From Dongiaceae bacterium (GTDB lineage: Bacteria > Pseudomonadota > Alphaproteobacteria > Dongiales > Dongiaceae), in NCBI GenBank assembly GCA_046154965.1, contig JBJXDY010000021.1, forward strand, positions 3,200 through 67,199: a DNA stretch of 64,000 bases. The letters are read 5' to 3'. Below the pieces are notes generated by a model. The model ran no database searches. It had not been told where the DNA came from and worked only from the letters and a program-made list of their open reading frames with translations. Made by a program: the position numbers and the translations under genes. This document shows, in pieces, positions 36,738 to 47,233 of the stretch (position 1 is the stretch's first letter; every line of letters starts with the position of its first letter).

Positions 36738-36777
36738 CCGCGCCGCCCCTCCCGATTGCTGGGAAGGGACGGCGCGG
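36738..36777 (-). promoter_or_regulatory. GC-rich intercistronic hairpin after the binding-protein gene
   Basis: Outer stem CCGCGCCG (36738-36745) / CGGCGCGG (36770-36777). Inner stem CCCCTCCC / GGGAAGGG with one mismatch and one bulge. 7-nt loop. Confidence 0.5.
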
Positions 36778-36805
36778 ATCTACCGCCTAGCTGTCGCGAT
36801 GGACT

Positions 36806-37888
36806 CTAGTTCTCGAACCGCTTGCCGACGAGGTCGACATTGGCCTTTGTCACGAGCTGCGCCTTGGTATCCAGGTCGGCCGCGGATACGCCGCGATCGA
36901 TCTGCAGATAGAGCTGCGCCACCGGCCAAAAGCCTTGCAGGAACGGCTGCTGCCCCAGCGCGCCATCGAGCGCGCCCGAACGGATCGCATCGAGCTGCTT
37001 CGGCCCGAGATCGAAGCCATATGAGCAGACGCTGTCGCCATTGCCAAGTTGCGACACCGCGTCGGCAATCGCCGGCGTGACGAAGCCATTGGCGCCCATG
37101 ATTCCGATCACGTCGCCGCGGGACTCGATCAGGCTGACGATCGAGCCCACGATGTTGTTGGCGTCAACGTCGATGCCGATGTTCTCCGGACCTGCGTCGA
37201 TCTTGTAGTCGGCCAGCTTGCCCGCCGCTTCCAACTTCTTAACCGTCGCCTGGAAGGCCGCGGTGATGCGGTTGTTGACCTCGACATTGCCCAGCGTGGT
37301 GGTGTTCGGAAAGATGATGCTGCCGCCCTTGCCGGCCGCCAGCACGCAATCCGCCATCGCCTCGCCGCCGATCGCCGCCGCCGAAGCATCCTGGCCGGTG
37401 TGGGAAATCTGATTCCGGTTCTTGATGATGGGATCGAAGCTGTTGGTTGTCGCCACTGGAATTCCGCGTTCAAAAGCTTTGGCGACGACATCGTCATAGG
37501 CGCCCGATTGCGGCGTTGTCAGGATGATGCCGTCGATGGTCGGGTCCTGAATGATCTGATTCAGGATCTCCAGTTCGCGCGGAATATCGTCAACGGGTGC
37601 TTCCGAGCCCAGCATGATCAAGTTGATGCCGAAGGCATCCGCCGCGACCTTCGCGCCGACATAGGTCGGATCGAAGAAGCCGTTGCCGGCCGTGTGGGTA
37701 ATGATGGCGAAGGTCAGTTTGCCGTCATCGGAGTTGAACTTCTTCGTCGTGGCATTTTCTTTCGCCGCCTCGTCGAAATCATAGCCGCCGACGGCCTTGT
37801 CGACCGAGCCGGTCGACTGCGCCATCGCTGCCGTCGCGGCAAAGCCGACGACGCCGACAAAAATCGGTAGGGCGAACTTCAACAGCAT
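36806..37888 (-). CDS. Periplasmic sugar-binding protein (PBP type I, RbsB-like)
   Basis: 360 aa. Sec signal MLLKFALPIFVGVVGFAATAAMAQS. Adjacent to the CUT2 permease and ATPase. Confidence 0.85.
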   Translation of the reverse strand: MLLKFALPIFVGVVGFAATAAMAQSTGSVDKAVGGYDFDEAAKENATTKKFNSDDGKLTFAIITHTAGNGFFDPTYVGAKVAADAFGINLIMLGSEAPVDDIPRELEILNQIIQDPTIDGIILTTPQSGAYDDVVAKAFERGIPVATTNSFDPIIKNRNQISHTGQDASAAAIGGEAMADCVLAAGKGGSIIFPNTTTLGNVEVNNRITAAFQATVKKLEAAGKLADYKIDAGPENIGIDVDANNIVGSIVSLIESRGDVIGIMGANGFVTPAIADAVSQLGNGDSVCSYGFDLGPKQLDAIRSGALDGALGQQPFLQGFWPVAQLYLQIDRGVSAADLDTKAQLVTKANVDLVGKRFEN

Positions 37889-37947
37889 TTGGTTCCTCCT
37901 CGTTCACGTTGTCCGAATACACACATGCGGGGTCCGTGCGCATGAAC

Positions 37948-38781
37948 TCAGCGCCGTACCTTCTTGATCGACCATTTGCGCCGCCGGGCAGGAACGATGG
38001 CCGCCGCCAGCTTCGCATTGCTTGCCAGCAGATTTTTCAGATCGGCCTCCGACTCGCCGAGCAGTTTCACTGTCGCTGCCCGCGCGGCCTCGGGATTGCG
38101 CTTCTTGATGGCGTCGAGCATTCCCTTGTGCAGCGGCAGCGACAGCTCGCGCGCATCGACCGGCATCAGTCCGGCCAGGCGGAAGCCGGCCGCCAGGGCG
38201 GCTTCGATCGTCGCAGCCAGCGGCCGGAGCAGTTCATTGCCGGTTGCCAGCAGAATAGCGCGATGGAAGCGGATGTCGTGCTCGGCCCAGTGCTCCGGCC
38301 GGTCGGCGGATTTCTCCATCTCCCGGTAGGCGTCTTCGATGGCGCGGATCTCCGGCGCCTTCGCCTGGCGGGCGGCAATGGCGGCCGCTTGCGGCTCGAT
38401 GATCTGCCGCAGCTCCATCAGATCGCGCACGAAGCGATCCACAGGCCCGGCGGCGAGCTGCCAGGCCAATACGTCGGGATCCAGCAGGTTCCAGTCATGG
38501 CGCGCGCGCACCCGCGTGCCGGTCTTCGGCCGGGATTCCACCAGACCTTTGGCGGCCAGAACTTTGATGGCCTCCCGCAACGCAGTCCGGCTCACCTTCA
38601 GGCGCATGCTGAAATCGGCTTCGTTGGGCAGGATCTCTCCCGGCGCCAGGTCGCCGCGGAGGATGCGCTCGCCGATGTCATGGGCGACCTGCCCATGCAG
38701 ACTGCGCTGGGAATAGGTGTGTATCCCGCCGCGATCCTCGGTCAACCCGATCTCTCCCATGGCCGCCGTCCCGCCGCGCAT
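37948..38781 (-). CDS. GntR/FadR-family transcriptional regulator (FCD domain)
   Basis: HTH region EADFSMRLKVSRTALREAIKVLAAKGLVESRPKTGTRV. The start may be the downstream ATG at 38760. Confidence 0.85.
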   Translation of the reverse strand: MRGGTAAMGEIGLTEDRGGIHTYSQRSLHGQVAHDIGERILRGDLAPGEILPNEADFSMRLKVSRTALREAIKVLAAKGLVESRPKTGTRVRARHDWNLLDPDVLAWQLAAGPVDRFVRDLMELRQIIEPQAAAIAARQAKAPEIRAIEDAYREMEKSADRPEHWAEHDIRFHRAILLATGNELLRPLAATIEAALAAGFRLAGLMPVDARELSLPLHKGMLDAIKKRNPEAARAATVKLLGESEADLKNLLASNAKLAAAIVPARRRKWSIKKVRR

Positions 38782-38886
38782 TCTCCCGGCGCGGTCAGAG
38801 GCGGGGTCGTGTCCCTACAACCTATTCCTCATACAATTGCCAATGCTTGTCAATCGCAGCCGCTATGCCGGCTCCAGGATAAGCTG

Positions 38887-40611
38887 TCAGTGTGACTCCC
38901 GGGGGATCGCCGCGCCGCGCTTGCCCACCAGGAAGTCCATATCGCAGCCGCGATCCGCCTGCAGCACATGGTCGACATAGAGGCGCTGATAGCCCGTCGC
39001 CATCGAGGGCTCCGGCGCCTTCCAGGCCTTGCGCCTATTTGCCAACTCCTCGTCCGTGACGCTCAGATGCAGGCGGCGCCTATCCACATCCAGCTCGATC
39101 ATGTCGCCGTCGCGCACCAGCGCCAGCGGCCCGCCGGTCGCCGCTTCCGGCGCTGTATGCAGCACCACCGTGCCATAGGCCGTGCCGCTCATGCGGGCAT
39201 CGGAGATGCGCACCATGTCGCGCACGCCCTTCATCAGCACCTTCTGCGGCAGCGGCATGTTGCCGACTTCGGCCATGCCGGGATAGCCCTTCGGCCCGCA
39301 GTTCTTGAGGACGAGCACGCAGTTTTCATCGACATCCAGCGCGGGATCGTCAACCCGTTGTTTGTAGTGATCGATATTCTCGAACACCACCGCGCGGCCC
39401 TTGTGGCGCAGCAGCTCCGGCGTCGCCGCCGACGGCTTCAGCACCGCGCCGTTTGGCGCCAGGTTGCCGCGCAGCACCACGATGCCGCCCATGGGCTTGA
39501 AGGGTTCACCGCGGCTCATGATCACATCGCGGTTGAAGCACTCGGCCTCCTTGATGTTCTCGGCCACGGTCTTTCCGGATACCGTCATCGCATCGCCATG
39601 AATGAGATCACCGAGCTCGCGCATGACCGCGGGCAAGCCGCCGGCATAGTAGAAATCCTCCATCAGGTACTTCCCCGACGGCATCAAGTTTACCAGGCAG
39701 GGCACCTCCTGACCGAGCTTGTCCCAATCGTCCAGCGACAGATCGACGCCGATCCGGCCGGCGATCGCCAGCAGATGGATCACGGCATTGGTGGAGCCGC
39801 CGATGGCGCCGTTGACCCGGATCGCATTTTCGAACGCCTCGCGGGTCAGGATCTTCGACATCTTGATATCGTCGCGCACCATCTCCACGATGCGGCGGCC
39901 GGCAAGATGGGCCAGCACATAGCGCCGGGAGTCGACGGCGGGAATCGCCGCGTTGGTCGGGAAGGCGATGCCCAGCGCCTCCACCATCGAGGCCATGGTG
40001 GACGCCGTTCCCATGGTCATGCAGTGACCGGCCGAGCGGGACATGCCGGCTTCCGCCTCCATGAAGGCGGCCAGCGACATCTTGCCGCCGCGCACATCCT
40101 CTGACAGTTGCCAGACGCTGGTGCCGGAGCCCACTGTCTGGTCGCGGTAGTGGCCGTTCAGCATCGGTCCGCCGGAGACGACGATGGCCGGGACATCGCA
40201 GCTCGCCGCGCCCATCACCAGCGCCGGCGTGGTCTTATCGCAGCCGGTGAGCAGCACGACTCCATCCAGCGGATTCGCCCGAATGGATTCCTCGACATCC
40301 ATGGAGGCCAGATTGCGGAACAGCATCGCCGTCGGCCGCAGGTTGGTTTCACCCAGGGACATCACCGGAAACTCCAGCGGCATGCCGCCGGCTTCGTAAA
40401 CGCCGCGCTTCACGTGATCGGCCAGCTTGCGGAAATGGGCGTTGCAGGGCGTCAGCTCGGAAAAGGTGTTGCAGATGCCGATGACCGGCCGGCCGTCGAA
40501 CAGATCGTGGGGGATGCCCTGGTTCTTCATCCAGCTTCTGTGCATGAACCCGTCGCGGTCCGGCTTGCCGAACCAGGCGGACGAGCGAAGCTTGGGGGTC
40601 TTATCGTTCAT
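38887..40611 (-). CDS. IlvD/Edd-family sugar-acid dehydratase (arabinonate/galactonate/xylonate type)
   Basis: 574 aa. Cluster-binding motifs GICNTFSELTPCNAH, TGCDKTTP, SGGP. Confidence 0.85.
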   Translation of the reverse strand: MNDKTPKLRSSAWFGKPDRDGFMHRSWMKNQGIPHDLFDGRPVIGICNTFSELTPCNAHFRKLADHVKRGVYEAGGMPLEFPVMSLGETNLRPTAMLFRNLASMDVEESIRANPLDGVVLLTGCDKTTPALVMGAASCDVPAIVVSGGPMLNGHYRDQTVGSGTSVWQLSEDVRGGKMSLAAFMEAEAGMSRSAGHCMTMGTASTMASMVEALGIAFPTNAAIPAVDSRRYVLAHLAGRRIVEMVRDDIKMSKILTREAFENAIRVNGAIGGSTNAVIHLLAIAGRIGVDLSLDDWDKLGQEVPCLVNLMPSGKYLMEDFYYAGGLPAVMRELGDLIHGDAMTVSGKTVAENIKEAECFNRDVIMSRGEPFKPMGGIVVLRGNLAPNGAVLKPSAATPELLRHKGRAVVFENIDHYKQRVDDPALDVDENCVLVLKNCGPKGYPGMAEVGNMPLPQKVLMKGVRDMVRISDARMSGTAYGTVVLHTAPEAATGGPLALVRDGDMIELDVDRRRLHLSVTDEELANRRKAWKAPEPSMATGYQRLYVDHVLQADRGCDMDFLVGKRGAAIPRESH

Positions 40612-40734
40612 AGGGCGCTCCGATGCTCCTGATCATTAAGTATGACAAATTAGCCGCCATGGTCCAGCGGCCCGATTGACAAGTCAACCGGGACGCGGGA
40701 ACGTTTTGCCGGCCAAAAGGGGACAGCCAGGGGA

Positions 40735-41628
40735 ATGAGCCTGATTACCATTAGCAGCGGCGACACGCATTTGACCCTGGCGCCGCATTTGGGGGGCACG
40801 ATCGCCCGCTACTGGCAGGCTATCAGCGGCGGCGTCTTCGAATGGTTCCGCCCTGCAAAACCGGCGGATCTGGATACCATCAATCCCGAGGGAATGTCGC
40901 TGTTTCCCCTGGTGCCCTATTCGGGCCTGATCCGCCATGGCCGCTTTACCATCGATGGCCGGCACATCGTGCTGCCGCTCAATTGGCTGCCGGAACAGCA
41001 CACCATCCACGGCCATGGCTGGCAGGCGCGCTGGCATCTGGCGGAGACCGATGGCCGCCAGGCGCGCGTGGAATACCGCCATGCCGCAGACGCATGGCCC
41101 TGGGCTTATCGGGCGCAGCAGAGCTACCGGCTCGATGGCAACCGGCTGCGAATCGCGATGAGTGTAACCAATGAGTCCGATACGCCGATGCCCGCCGGGA
41201 TCGGACCCCATCCCTATTTTGTCCGCACGCCCCGCGCCCGCGTGACGGCGCAGATTTCGCGGGTGTGGCTCGCCGACAGCGAAAATCTGCCGACCGAGCT
41301 GGTGCCCCCGGAACCGCTCTACGATCTGCGGGCCGGGCTGGTGCCGTCACGGCAGGCCATTGACCATCTCTTCGCCGGCTGGGACCACAAGGCTGTCATC
41401 GAATGGCCGGAATGGAACGCTCGCCTGACCATGACGGCGGAATCGCCCTTGGATACGCTGGTGGTCTACACGCCCGCGGGACAGGATTACTTCTGCGTTG
41501 AACCCGTGAGCAACACGACCGATGCTTTCAACGGCTATGCGGCCGGGCGCAAAGACACCGGCACCGTTCTGCTGCAACCCGGCGCGACCCTGTCGGCCGC
41601 GGCCGAATTCCAACCCGAGCTGACATGA
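40735..41628 (+). CDS. Aldose 1-epimerase family protein
   Basis: 297 aa. Mutarotase-fold pattern (LFPLVPYSGLIRHGRFTIDG...HTIHGHGW). Confidence 0.75.
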   Translation: MSLITISSGDTHLTLAPHLGGTIARYWQAISGGVFEWFRPAKPADLDTINPEGMSLFPLVPYSGLIRHGRFTIDGRHIVLPLNWLPEQHTIHGHGWQARWHLAETDGRQARVEYRHAADAWPWAYRAQQSYRLDGNRLRIAMSVTNESDTPMPAGIGPHPYFVRTPRARVTAQISRVWLADSENLPTELVPPEPLYDLRAGLVPSRQAIDHLFAGWDHKAVIEWPEWNARLTMTAESPLDTLVVYTPAGQDYFCVEPVSNTTDAFNGYAAGRKDTGTVLLQPGATLSAAAEFQPELT

Positions 41629-41631
41629 CCC

Positions 41632-42339
41632 ATGACTGATAGCTTCCTCAGCGAATCCGATCTGGCCAAGCTTCGCGCCCTCGATACGCCGACGATCTGC
41701 AATGCGCTGGAGACGATCCTGCCGGCGCGGCGCGGAATTGGCTTTACCACGAAGCCGCTGGTCTGCGCCCGGCCGCATCTGCCGCCCATCGTCGGCTATG
41801 CCCGCACGGCCACGATCCGCGCCACCCACCCGGTCGAGGGCGACGCCAAGGCGATGCGCCAGCGGCGCCTGGACTATTACCGCCATGTCAGCGAGGGACC
41901 GCCGCCGCGCATCGTCCTGCTGGAGGATCTGGACGCCGAGCCCGGCTATGGCGCTTTCTGGGGCGAGGTGAACAGCAACATCCACAAGGGCCTCGGCTGC
42001 CTGGGCGTCATCACCAACGGCAGCATCCGCGACATCCCCGCCTGCGCCGAGGGCTTCCAGCTTCTGGCGGGGCGAGTCGGTCCGTCCCATGCCTATGTGC
42101 ATGTCCTGGAGATCGCGGTGACCGTGACCATCCATGGCATGACCGTGCGGCCCGGCGATTTGATCCATGGCGATCAGCATGGCGCCGTCGTGATCCCGCA
42201 TGATGCCGCGCAGCGCATTCCCGATGTCGCCGCTCAGATCGCCCGCCGCGAGAGCCACATCATCTCTGCCAGCCAGCGGCCGGATTTCAGTTACGTGATG
42301 CTGGCGCGGACTCTTGCCGAAGCTGACGAGATTCACTGA
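41632..42339 (+). CDS. RraA-family protein (class II aldolase/decarboxylase-like)
   Basis: 235 aa. RraA/HMG-aldolase pattern (GAFWGEVNSNIHKGLGCLGVITNGSIRD...GDLIHGDQHGAVVIP). Confidence 0.75.
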   Translation: MTDSFLSESDLAKLRALDTPTICNALETILPARRGIGFTTKPLVCARPHLPPIVGYARTATIRATHPVEGDAKAMRQRRLDYYRHVSEGPPPRIVLLEDLDAEPGYGAFWGEVNSNIHKGLGCLGVITNGSIRDIPACAEGFQLLAGRVGPSHAYVHVLEIAVTVTIHGMTVRPGDLIHGDQHGAVVIPHDAAQRIPDVAAQIARRESHIISASQRPDFSYVMLARTLAEADEIH

Positions 42340-42357
42340 CCGGCGGAACGGAGGCGC

Positions 42358-43437
42358 TCAGCGCCCGGACAGGCGCACGCCGCTGGCGGCGTCGAACAGA
42401 TGCACGTCGCCCAATTCGGGCCGCAGATAGACCTGCTGGCCCGGCGCGACGTCGTAGCGCCCCCGCAGCAGGCAGCAGACGGACGTGTCGGCCAATGTGG
42501 CGAAGGCAAGCATATCGAGGCCGGTCTGCTCGACCACCTGAACCGGCGCCGGTAACCCATCGGCGGTGCCCGCCAGGGACAGATGCTCCGGCCGTACGCC
42601 ATAGATTACCTCAAGCCCCTCATCGCCCGGCGTATCGGGCCGCAGCGGCAGGCGCAGACCTCCCGCCGTCTCGACGCAGGCGGACCCCGACTGATAGCGC
42701 AGCCGACCTTTCAGCATGTTCATGGCCGGCGATCCGATGAAGCCGGCGACCAGCAGATTAGCCGGCCGGTCGTATAGCTCCAGGGGTGTGCCGATCTGCG
42801 CCACCCGGCCGGCATTCAGGACCACGATCCGGTCGGCCATGGTCATGGCCTCTACCTGATCATGCGTGACATAGACGGAGGTCGTCCGCAGCGATTGGTG
42901 CAGAGAGCGGATCTCCGTCCGCATCTGCACCCGCAGCTTGGCGTCCAGGTTCGATAGCGGCTCGTCGAACAGGAACACCTGCGGATCGCGGACGATGGCG
43001 CGGCCCATGGCGACCCGCTGGCGCTGGCCGCCGGAAAGCTGTCGTGGATAGCGCCCGAGCAAATCGGTTAGGCCGAGGATTCCGGCGGCGCGCGCAACCC
43101 GCTCGGCGATGACCGCCTTCTCCGCTTTCCGCAGCTTCAGGCCGAATCCCATGTTGTCGGCCACCGTTTTGTGGGGATAGAGAGCGTAGTTCTGAAACAC
43201 CATCGCGACATCGCGATCGCGCGGGGTTACCTCGTTCACCACCCGGCCGCCGATGGAGATCTCGCCGCCGGTGATGTCCTCCAGCCCCGCGATCATCCGC
43301 AGCAGCGTGGATTTTCCGCAGCCGGAGGGGCCGACCAGCACAAAGAACTCCTCGTCGCCGATATCGATATCGACGCCATGGATCACCTTGCTGGTGCCGT
43401 AGGATTTCTCCACGCCGCGCAGCGTGACAGCGGCCAT
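42358..43437 (-). CDS. CUT1-type (MalK/UgpC-like) ABC transporter ATP-binding protein
   Basis: Start chosen at [14 protein letters not shown] (ATG 43437, AAGGAGG upstream). Walker [10 protein letters not shown], signature LSGGQRQR. Confidence 0.88.
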   Translation of the reverse strand: MAAVTLRGVEKSYGTSKVIHGVDIDIGDEEFFVLVGPSGCGKSTLLRMIAGLEDITGGEISIGGRVVNEVTPRDRDVAMVFQNYALYPHKTVADNMGFGLKLRKAEKAVIAERVARAAGILGLTDLLGRYPRQLSGGQRQRVAMGRAIVRDPQVFLFDEPLSNLDAKLRVQMRTEIRSLHQSLRTTSVYVTHDQVEAMTMADRIVVLNAGRVAQIGTPLELYDRPANLLVAGFIGSPAMNMLKGRLRYQSGSACVETAGGLRLPLRPDTPGDEGLEVIYGVRPEHLSLAGTADGLPAPVQVVEQTGLDMLAFATLADTSVCCLLRGRYDVAPGQQVYLRPELGDVHLFDAASGVRLSGR

Positions 43438-43703
43438 GCATCCTCCTTTGCGCGGCACGGATTAATGTTTGTCTACCCAATCTCTGCCGCACTGCCCATG
43501 AAACCCAGCCCGCGGGAATGGTGCAACAGATTTCGCACCGCGAAATCGATCTGTCCGCGCATTCCTGACTTTATTGCAACGCACCTTGCTTGACAGTGCT
43601 GAGGCAAGCCCGCACGATCCGCGCGACTTCCAGCCGATGCGTAACATCGTGAGAGGAACAACAACCGCCGATTGTCGGCGGCATCACACGAGGAGGATCG
43701 CCC

Positions 43704-45350
43704 ATGGCATACACCAGGACAATCGCCGCGGCCGCGCTGATCTGTCTTACCGCTGCATCGCCGAGCCTGGCACAGGACAGCAAGCATGTGAAATGGCTCG
43801 ACGACGGCACGGTCGAGCTGACTATGGATCCCGAATATGGCGGCGTTATCAAAACCACCCGCGAAGAACTGGGCGCGCTATTTGGACCCGGCCAGAAACC
43901 GTTCGAAGGGCAAGAAGTCACCGTATTGAGTCTTGACTCCGGACCTAAGGGCGGCATCTCCGGACCGCTCTACGCATTCCGGCCGATCTGGGAGGAGCTC
44001 TCCGGCGCCAAGCTGAACATCGCGTTGACGCCGATTTCCGAACTCTACACCAAGACGTTCCTGGATCTGCGCAACGGCACCGGCGAATACGATGCCATGA
44101 TCGTCGGCGCGTTCTTCTATGGTGACCTGATCGGCGGCAACTACATCCTGCCGATTGATGACTGGTACACCAGCGGCGACTATCCGAAATGGAGCTACGA
44201 CGCGATGCCGGCGTCGCTCCGTAACATCTATACCTGGGGCGGCGTCGGCTATGGCGTGCTCAGCGATGCCGATGGCCAAATCCTCTATTACCGCCGCGAC
44301 CTCCTGACCAATCCGGAACATCAGGCAGCGTTCAAAGGTGAGTATGGCTATGATCTACCGGTGCCGCCGACGACGCTGCAGCAGCTCCGCGACATCGCCA
44401 AGTACTTCAACGGCAAGGACTTCGATTCCAACGATCCTGAACCGGATTCCGGCGCGGTATTGCATCTGAAAGTGCGCGAGCAGGGTCTCTACCACTTTAC
44501 GACGCTGGCAACCTCATTTGCCATGACCCCCGGACCGGAATTGACCAAGACGACGAACGTTTACTGGTTCGATCCCGAAGACATGAAGCCGCTGATCAAC
44601 AGCCCCGGACACGTCAAGGCGCTCGACTTCCTGAAGGAGCTTGCGCAGTACGGACCGCCGGCACAGGTGAGCTGGAGCCTCGGCGAAGCGTGGGACTATT
44701 TCCTGCGGGGCAAGGCGGTTTTCAACTTCTCCTATGGCGACGTGTCGCCACTGGCGCAGGACGAAACCCGCTCGAAAATCAAAGGTAAAGTAGGCGCCGC
44801 CATCCTGCCGGCATCCGACACTTACTGGGACATGAACACGAAAGAATTCGTCACGACCCAGGAAGTGCGCAAAGTCGGCAACGTCACCGGCGGCTCCTGG
44901 CACGGCGTTATCTCCTCCCTTGGCGACGCGCCGGAAGCTTCCTACTCCTTCCTCTCCTTGATGGCCATCAAGCCGGCCTCCAAGTGGCTGGCAACCTATG
45001 GCTGGGACGGCGTCGATCCCGGTTACAACTACCAGTTCCTCGAACCGCTCGGCGAAGCCAAGCTGGAGGACTACACGAACGCTGGTTGGGATGCGACGGA
45101 CGTAAAGGAGTATCTGCAAGCCTACTACGACAACTTCAATGCGGCGACCCTGCTGCCCTATCTGCGGATTACCGGCACACAGGAGTACTTCGATGTGCTG
45201 GACAGCAATCTGTCGGCCGCGATGAGCGGATCCAAGACGTCCCAGCAGGCTCTCGACGATACGGCGGCTGCCTGGGAGCAGATCACGGATCGTCTCGGCC
45301 GCGACAAGCAGCTTGCGGCCTACCAACAGGCCATTGGCTGGAAGCAGTAA
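43704..45350 (+). CDS. Family-1 extracellular solute-binding protein (large, about 548 aa)
   Basis: Sec signal MAYTRTIAAAALICLTAASPSLAQD. Followed by two CUT1 permeases. Confidence 0.85.
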   Translation: MAYTRTIAAAALICLTAASPSLAQDSKHVKWLDDGTVELTMDPEYGGVIKTTREELGALFGPGQKPFEGQEVTVLSLDSGPKGGISGPLYAFRPIWEELSGAKLNIALTPISELYTKTFLDLRNGTGEYDAMIVGAFFYGDLIGGNYILPIDDWYTSGDYPKWSYDAMPASLRNIYTWGGVGYGVLSDADGQILYYRRDLLTNPEHQAAFKGEYGYDLPVPPTTLQQLRDIAKYFNGKDFDSNDPEPDSGAVLHLKVREQGLYHFTTLATSFAMTPGPELTKTTNVYWFDPEDMKPLINSPGHVKALDFLKELAQYGPPAQVSWSLGEAWDYFLRGKAVFNFSYGDVSPLAQDETRSKIKGKVGAAILPASDTYWDMNTKEFVTTQEVRKVGNVTGGSWHGVISSLGDAPEASYSFLSLMAIKPASKWLATYGWDGVDPGYNYQFLEPLGEAKLEDYTNAGWDATDVKEYLQAYYDNFNAATLLPYLRITGTQEYFDVLDSNLSAAMSGSKTSQQALDDTAAAWEQITDRLGRDKQLAAYQQAIGWKQ

Positions 45351-45358
45351 CGAACGGC

Positions 45359-45389
45359 TGGCCGGCTCCGTAGCTCGCGGGGCCGGCCG
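45359..45389 (+). promoter_or_regulatory. GC-rich hairpin between binding-protein and permease genes
   Basis: GGCCGGC (45360-45366) / GCCGGCC (45382-45388), 15-nt loop, followed by GCCTTTCGG. Confidence 0.35.
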
Positions 45390-45404
45390 CCTTTCGGCGC
45401 AACG

Positions 45405-46352
45405 ATGCGTTGGACCAACCGCGTCAGATGGGTTTTCCTCGCCCCGGCGATCGCCTGGGTGCTGGTGTTTACCCTGTTTCCGCTGGTCTACTCGCTGTAC
45501 GCCAGCCTGCACAACGTCACCAACGAAACCGTCGTCGAACGCACCGTGGTGCCCATGCTCGACGCCGCCGGCAAGCCGGTGCTGAAGACCGATGGGACGC
45601 CGCGCACCAAAACAGACATAAAGCGCGAAACCGTCACAAAATGGGAATTTGTCGGCCTGACCAATTTCGGCCGGGTGTTTCGAGATCCCCAAGTAGCCGA
45701 GGCCGCGCGCGTCACCGCGATCTTCGTCGTGGTGGCGGTCAGCCTGGAAATGCTGTTGGGCTTGCTACTGGCTTTCCTGTTCAACCGAAATCTGCCGATG
45801 CGTTCTCTGTTGCGCACAATCATGATCCTGCCGATCTTCGCGACGCCGGTCGCCGCCGGCTATCTGTTCTTCACGATTTTCTATGAGGAAGGCGGGCCGC
45901 TGGGCTGGACCGGTATTCCGTTCCTTTCGCATCCCGGCTGGGCACTGGCCTCCATCATCATCGTCGATGTCTGGCAGTGGACGCCGTTTTGCTTCCTGGT
46001 GTTTCTGGCCGCGCTGCAAAGCATTCCCGAAGACGCGATCGAGGCCGCGCGCCTGGACACGGATTCGTCCGTCGCGGTCTGGCTCCATGTCGTGATGCCG
46101 TTCCTGCAGCCGGTCATCATCATCGTCCTCCTATTGCGATTGGCGGAAGCGCTCAAAGTTTTCGACGTCGTCGCCTCGCTGACAGTCGGTGGGCCAGGCA
46201 ACGCGACGCAATCCGTATCCTATCTCGCCTTCCGCACCGGCTTGCGATTCTTCGATGTCGGTTATGCCTCTGCGCTCGCCTATCTCTTGCTGGCGGCGAT
46301 GATGGTGATCGTGACATTCTTCTTCAAGCGCATGCGGAGCGTCTATGCCTGA
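45405..46352 (+). CDS. Carbohydrate ABC transporter permease (MalF-like)
   Basis: 315 aa. EAA region AARLDTDSSVAVWLHVVMP. Multi-TM. Confidence 0.85.
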   Translation: MRWTNRVRWVFLAPAIAWVLVFTLFPLVYSLYASLHNVTNETVVERTVVPMLDAAGKPVLKTDGTPRTKTDIKRETVTKWEFVGLTNFGRVFRDPQVAEAARVTAIFVVVAVSLEMLLGLLLAFLFNRNLPMRSLLRTIMILPIFATPVAAGYLFFTIFYEEGGPLGWTGIPFLSHPGWALASIIIVDVWQWTPFCFLVFLAALQSIPEDAIEAARLDTDSSVAVWLHVVMPFLQPVIIIVLLLRLAEALKVFDVVASLTVGGPGNATQSVSYLAFRTGLRFFDVGYASALAYLLLAAMMVIVTFFFKRMRSVYA

Positions 46353-47208
46353 CGCAACTCCCGGCAGACGCAGCAAGCCGCTCCCGCAAGCGCTCTGGTC
46401 GCTGCTGGCGATTGCCATCACGCTGGTGTTTCTGTTCCCGCTCTATTGGGCGGTGTCGACCGCACTGCGCAATCCGGCGGATACCTTCACGGTCGCCGGC
46501 CTTGGCATTCCCTGGGTCGACTTCCGTCCTACGCTGGACAATTTCCGGACCGAACTGAGCACGCCCGAAGGATTGAAAGCCCTGCGAACCAGCATTGTCG
46601 TCTCCGTCAGCGCGGTCGTTCTCGCGCTCCTGCTGGGGATGCCGGCCGCCTATGCCCTCGCCCGCTTCCGTTTCCTGCGATGGAAAAACAGCGACATCAC
46701 CATCTGGTTTCTGTCGCAGCGCGTGCTGCCGCCGGTCGCGACGCTGCTGCCGTTCTACATAATCTTCCGTTCGTTCGACCTGTTGGATACGCCGATCGCG
46801 CTCATCCTGGTGAATGCGACGTTTATCCTGCCCTTCGTCGTGGTGATCCTGCGGCAGAGCTTCCTCGATCTGCCCGTCGAACTGGAAGAAGCGGCGCTGG
46901 TCGATGGCGCGACCCATTTCGGTGCCTTCACGAAAGTCGCCCTGCCCCTGGTGGCGCCGGCCGCCGCCGCCACCGGCCTGATCATCTTCGGCTTCGTCTG
47001 GAACGAGTTTCTATTCGCTTCTAGCCTCGGCATCACCGAAACCAAGACTATGCCCGCCCATATGGCTGGCGCGGTTGACACTCGCGGCGTGCAGTTTTGG
47101 TTCATGGCGACCCGTGCGCTGATCGCAATGGTGCCGCCGGTCTTGCTCGCCCTGTTCGCGCAACGCTATATCGTAAGAGGCCTGACCCTGGGAGCCGTGA
47201 AGGGTTAG
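46345..47208 (+). CDS. Carbohydrate ABC transporter permease (MalG-like)
   Basis: 287 aa. EAA region EEAALVDGATHFGAFTKVALP. 8-nt overlap with the preceding permease. Confidence 0.85.
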   Translation: MPDATPGRRSKPLPQALWSLLAIAITLVFLFPLYWAVSTALRNPADTFTVAGLGIPWVDFRPTLDNFRTELSTPEGLKALRTSIVVSVSAVVLALLLGMPAAYALARFRFLRWKNSDITIWFLSQRVLPPVATLLPFYIIFRSFDLLDTPIALILVNATFILPFVVVILRQSFLDLPVELEEAALVDGATHFGAFTKVALPLVAPAAAATGLIIFGFVWNEFLFASSLGITETKTMPAHMAGAVDTRGVQFWFMATRALIAMVPPVLLALFAQRYIVRGLTLGAVKG

Positions 47209-47233
47209 GGCGGCAACTCGGGGGGGAGCACAA

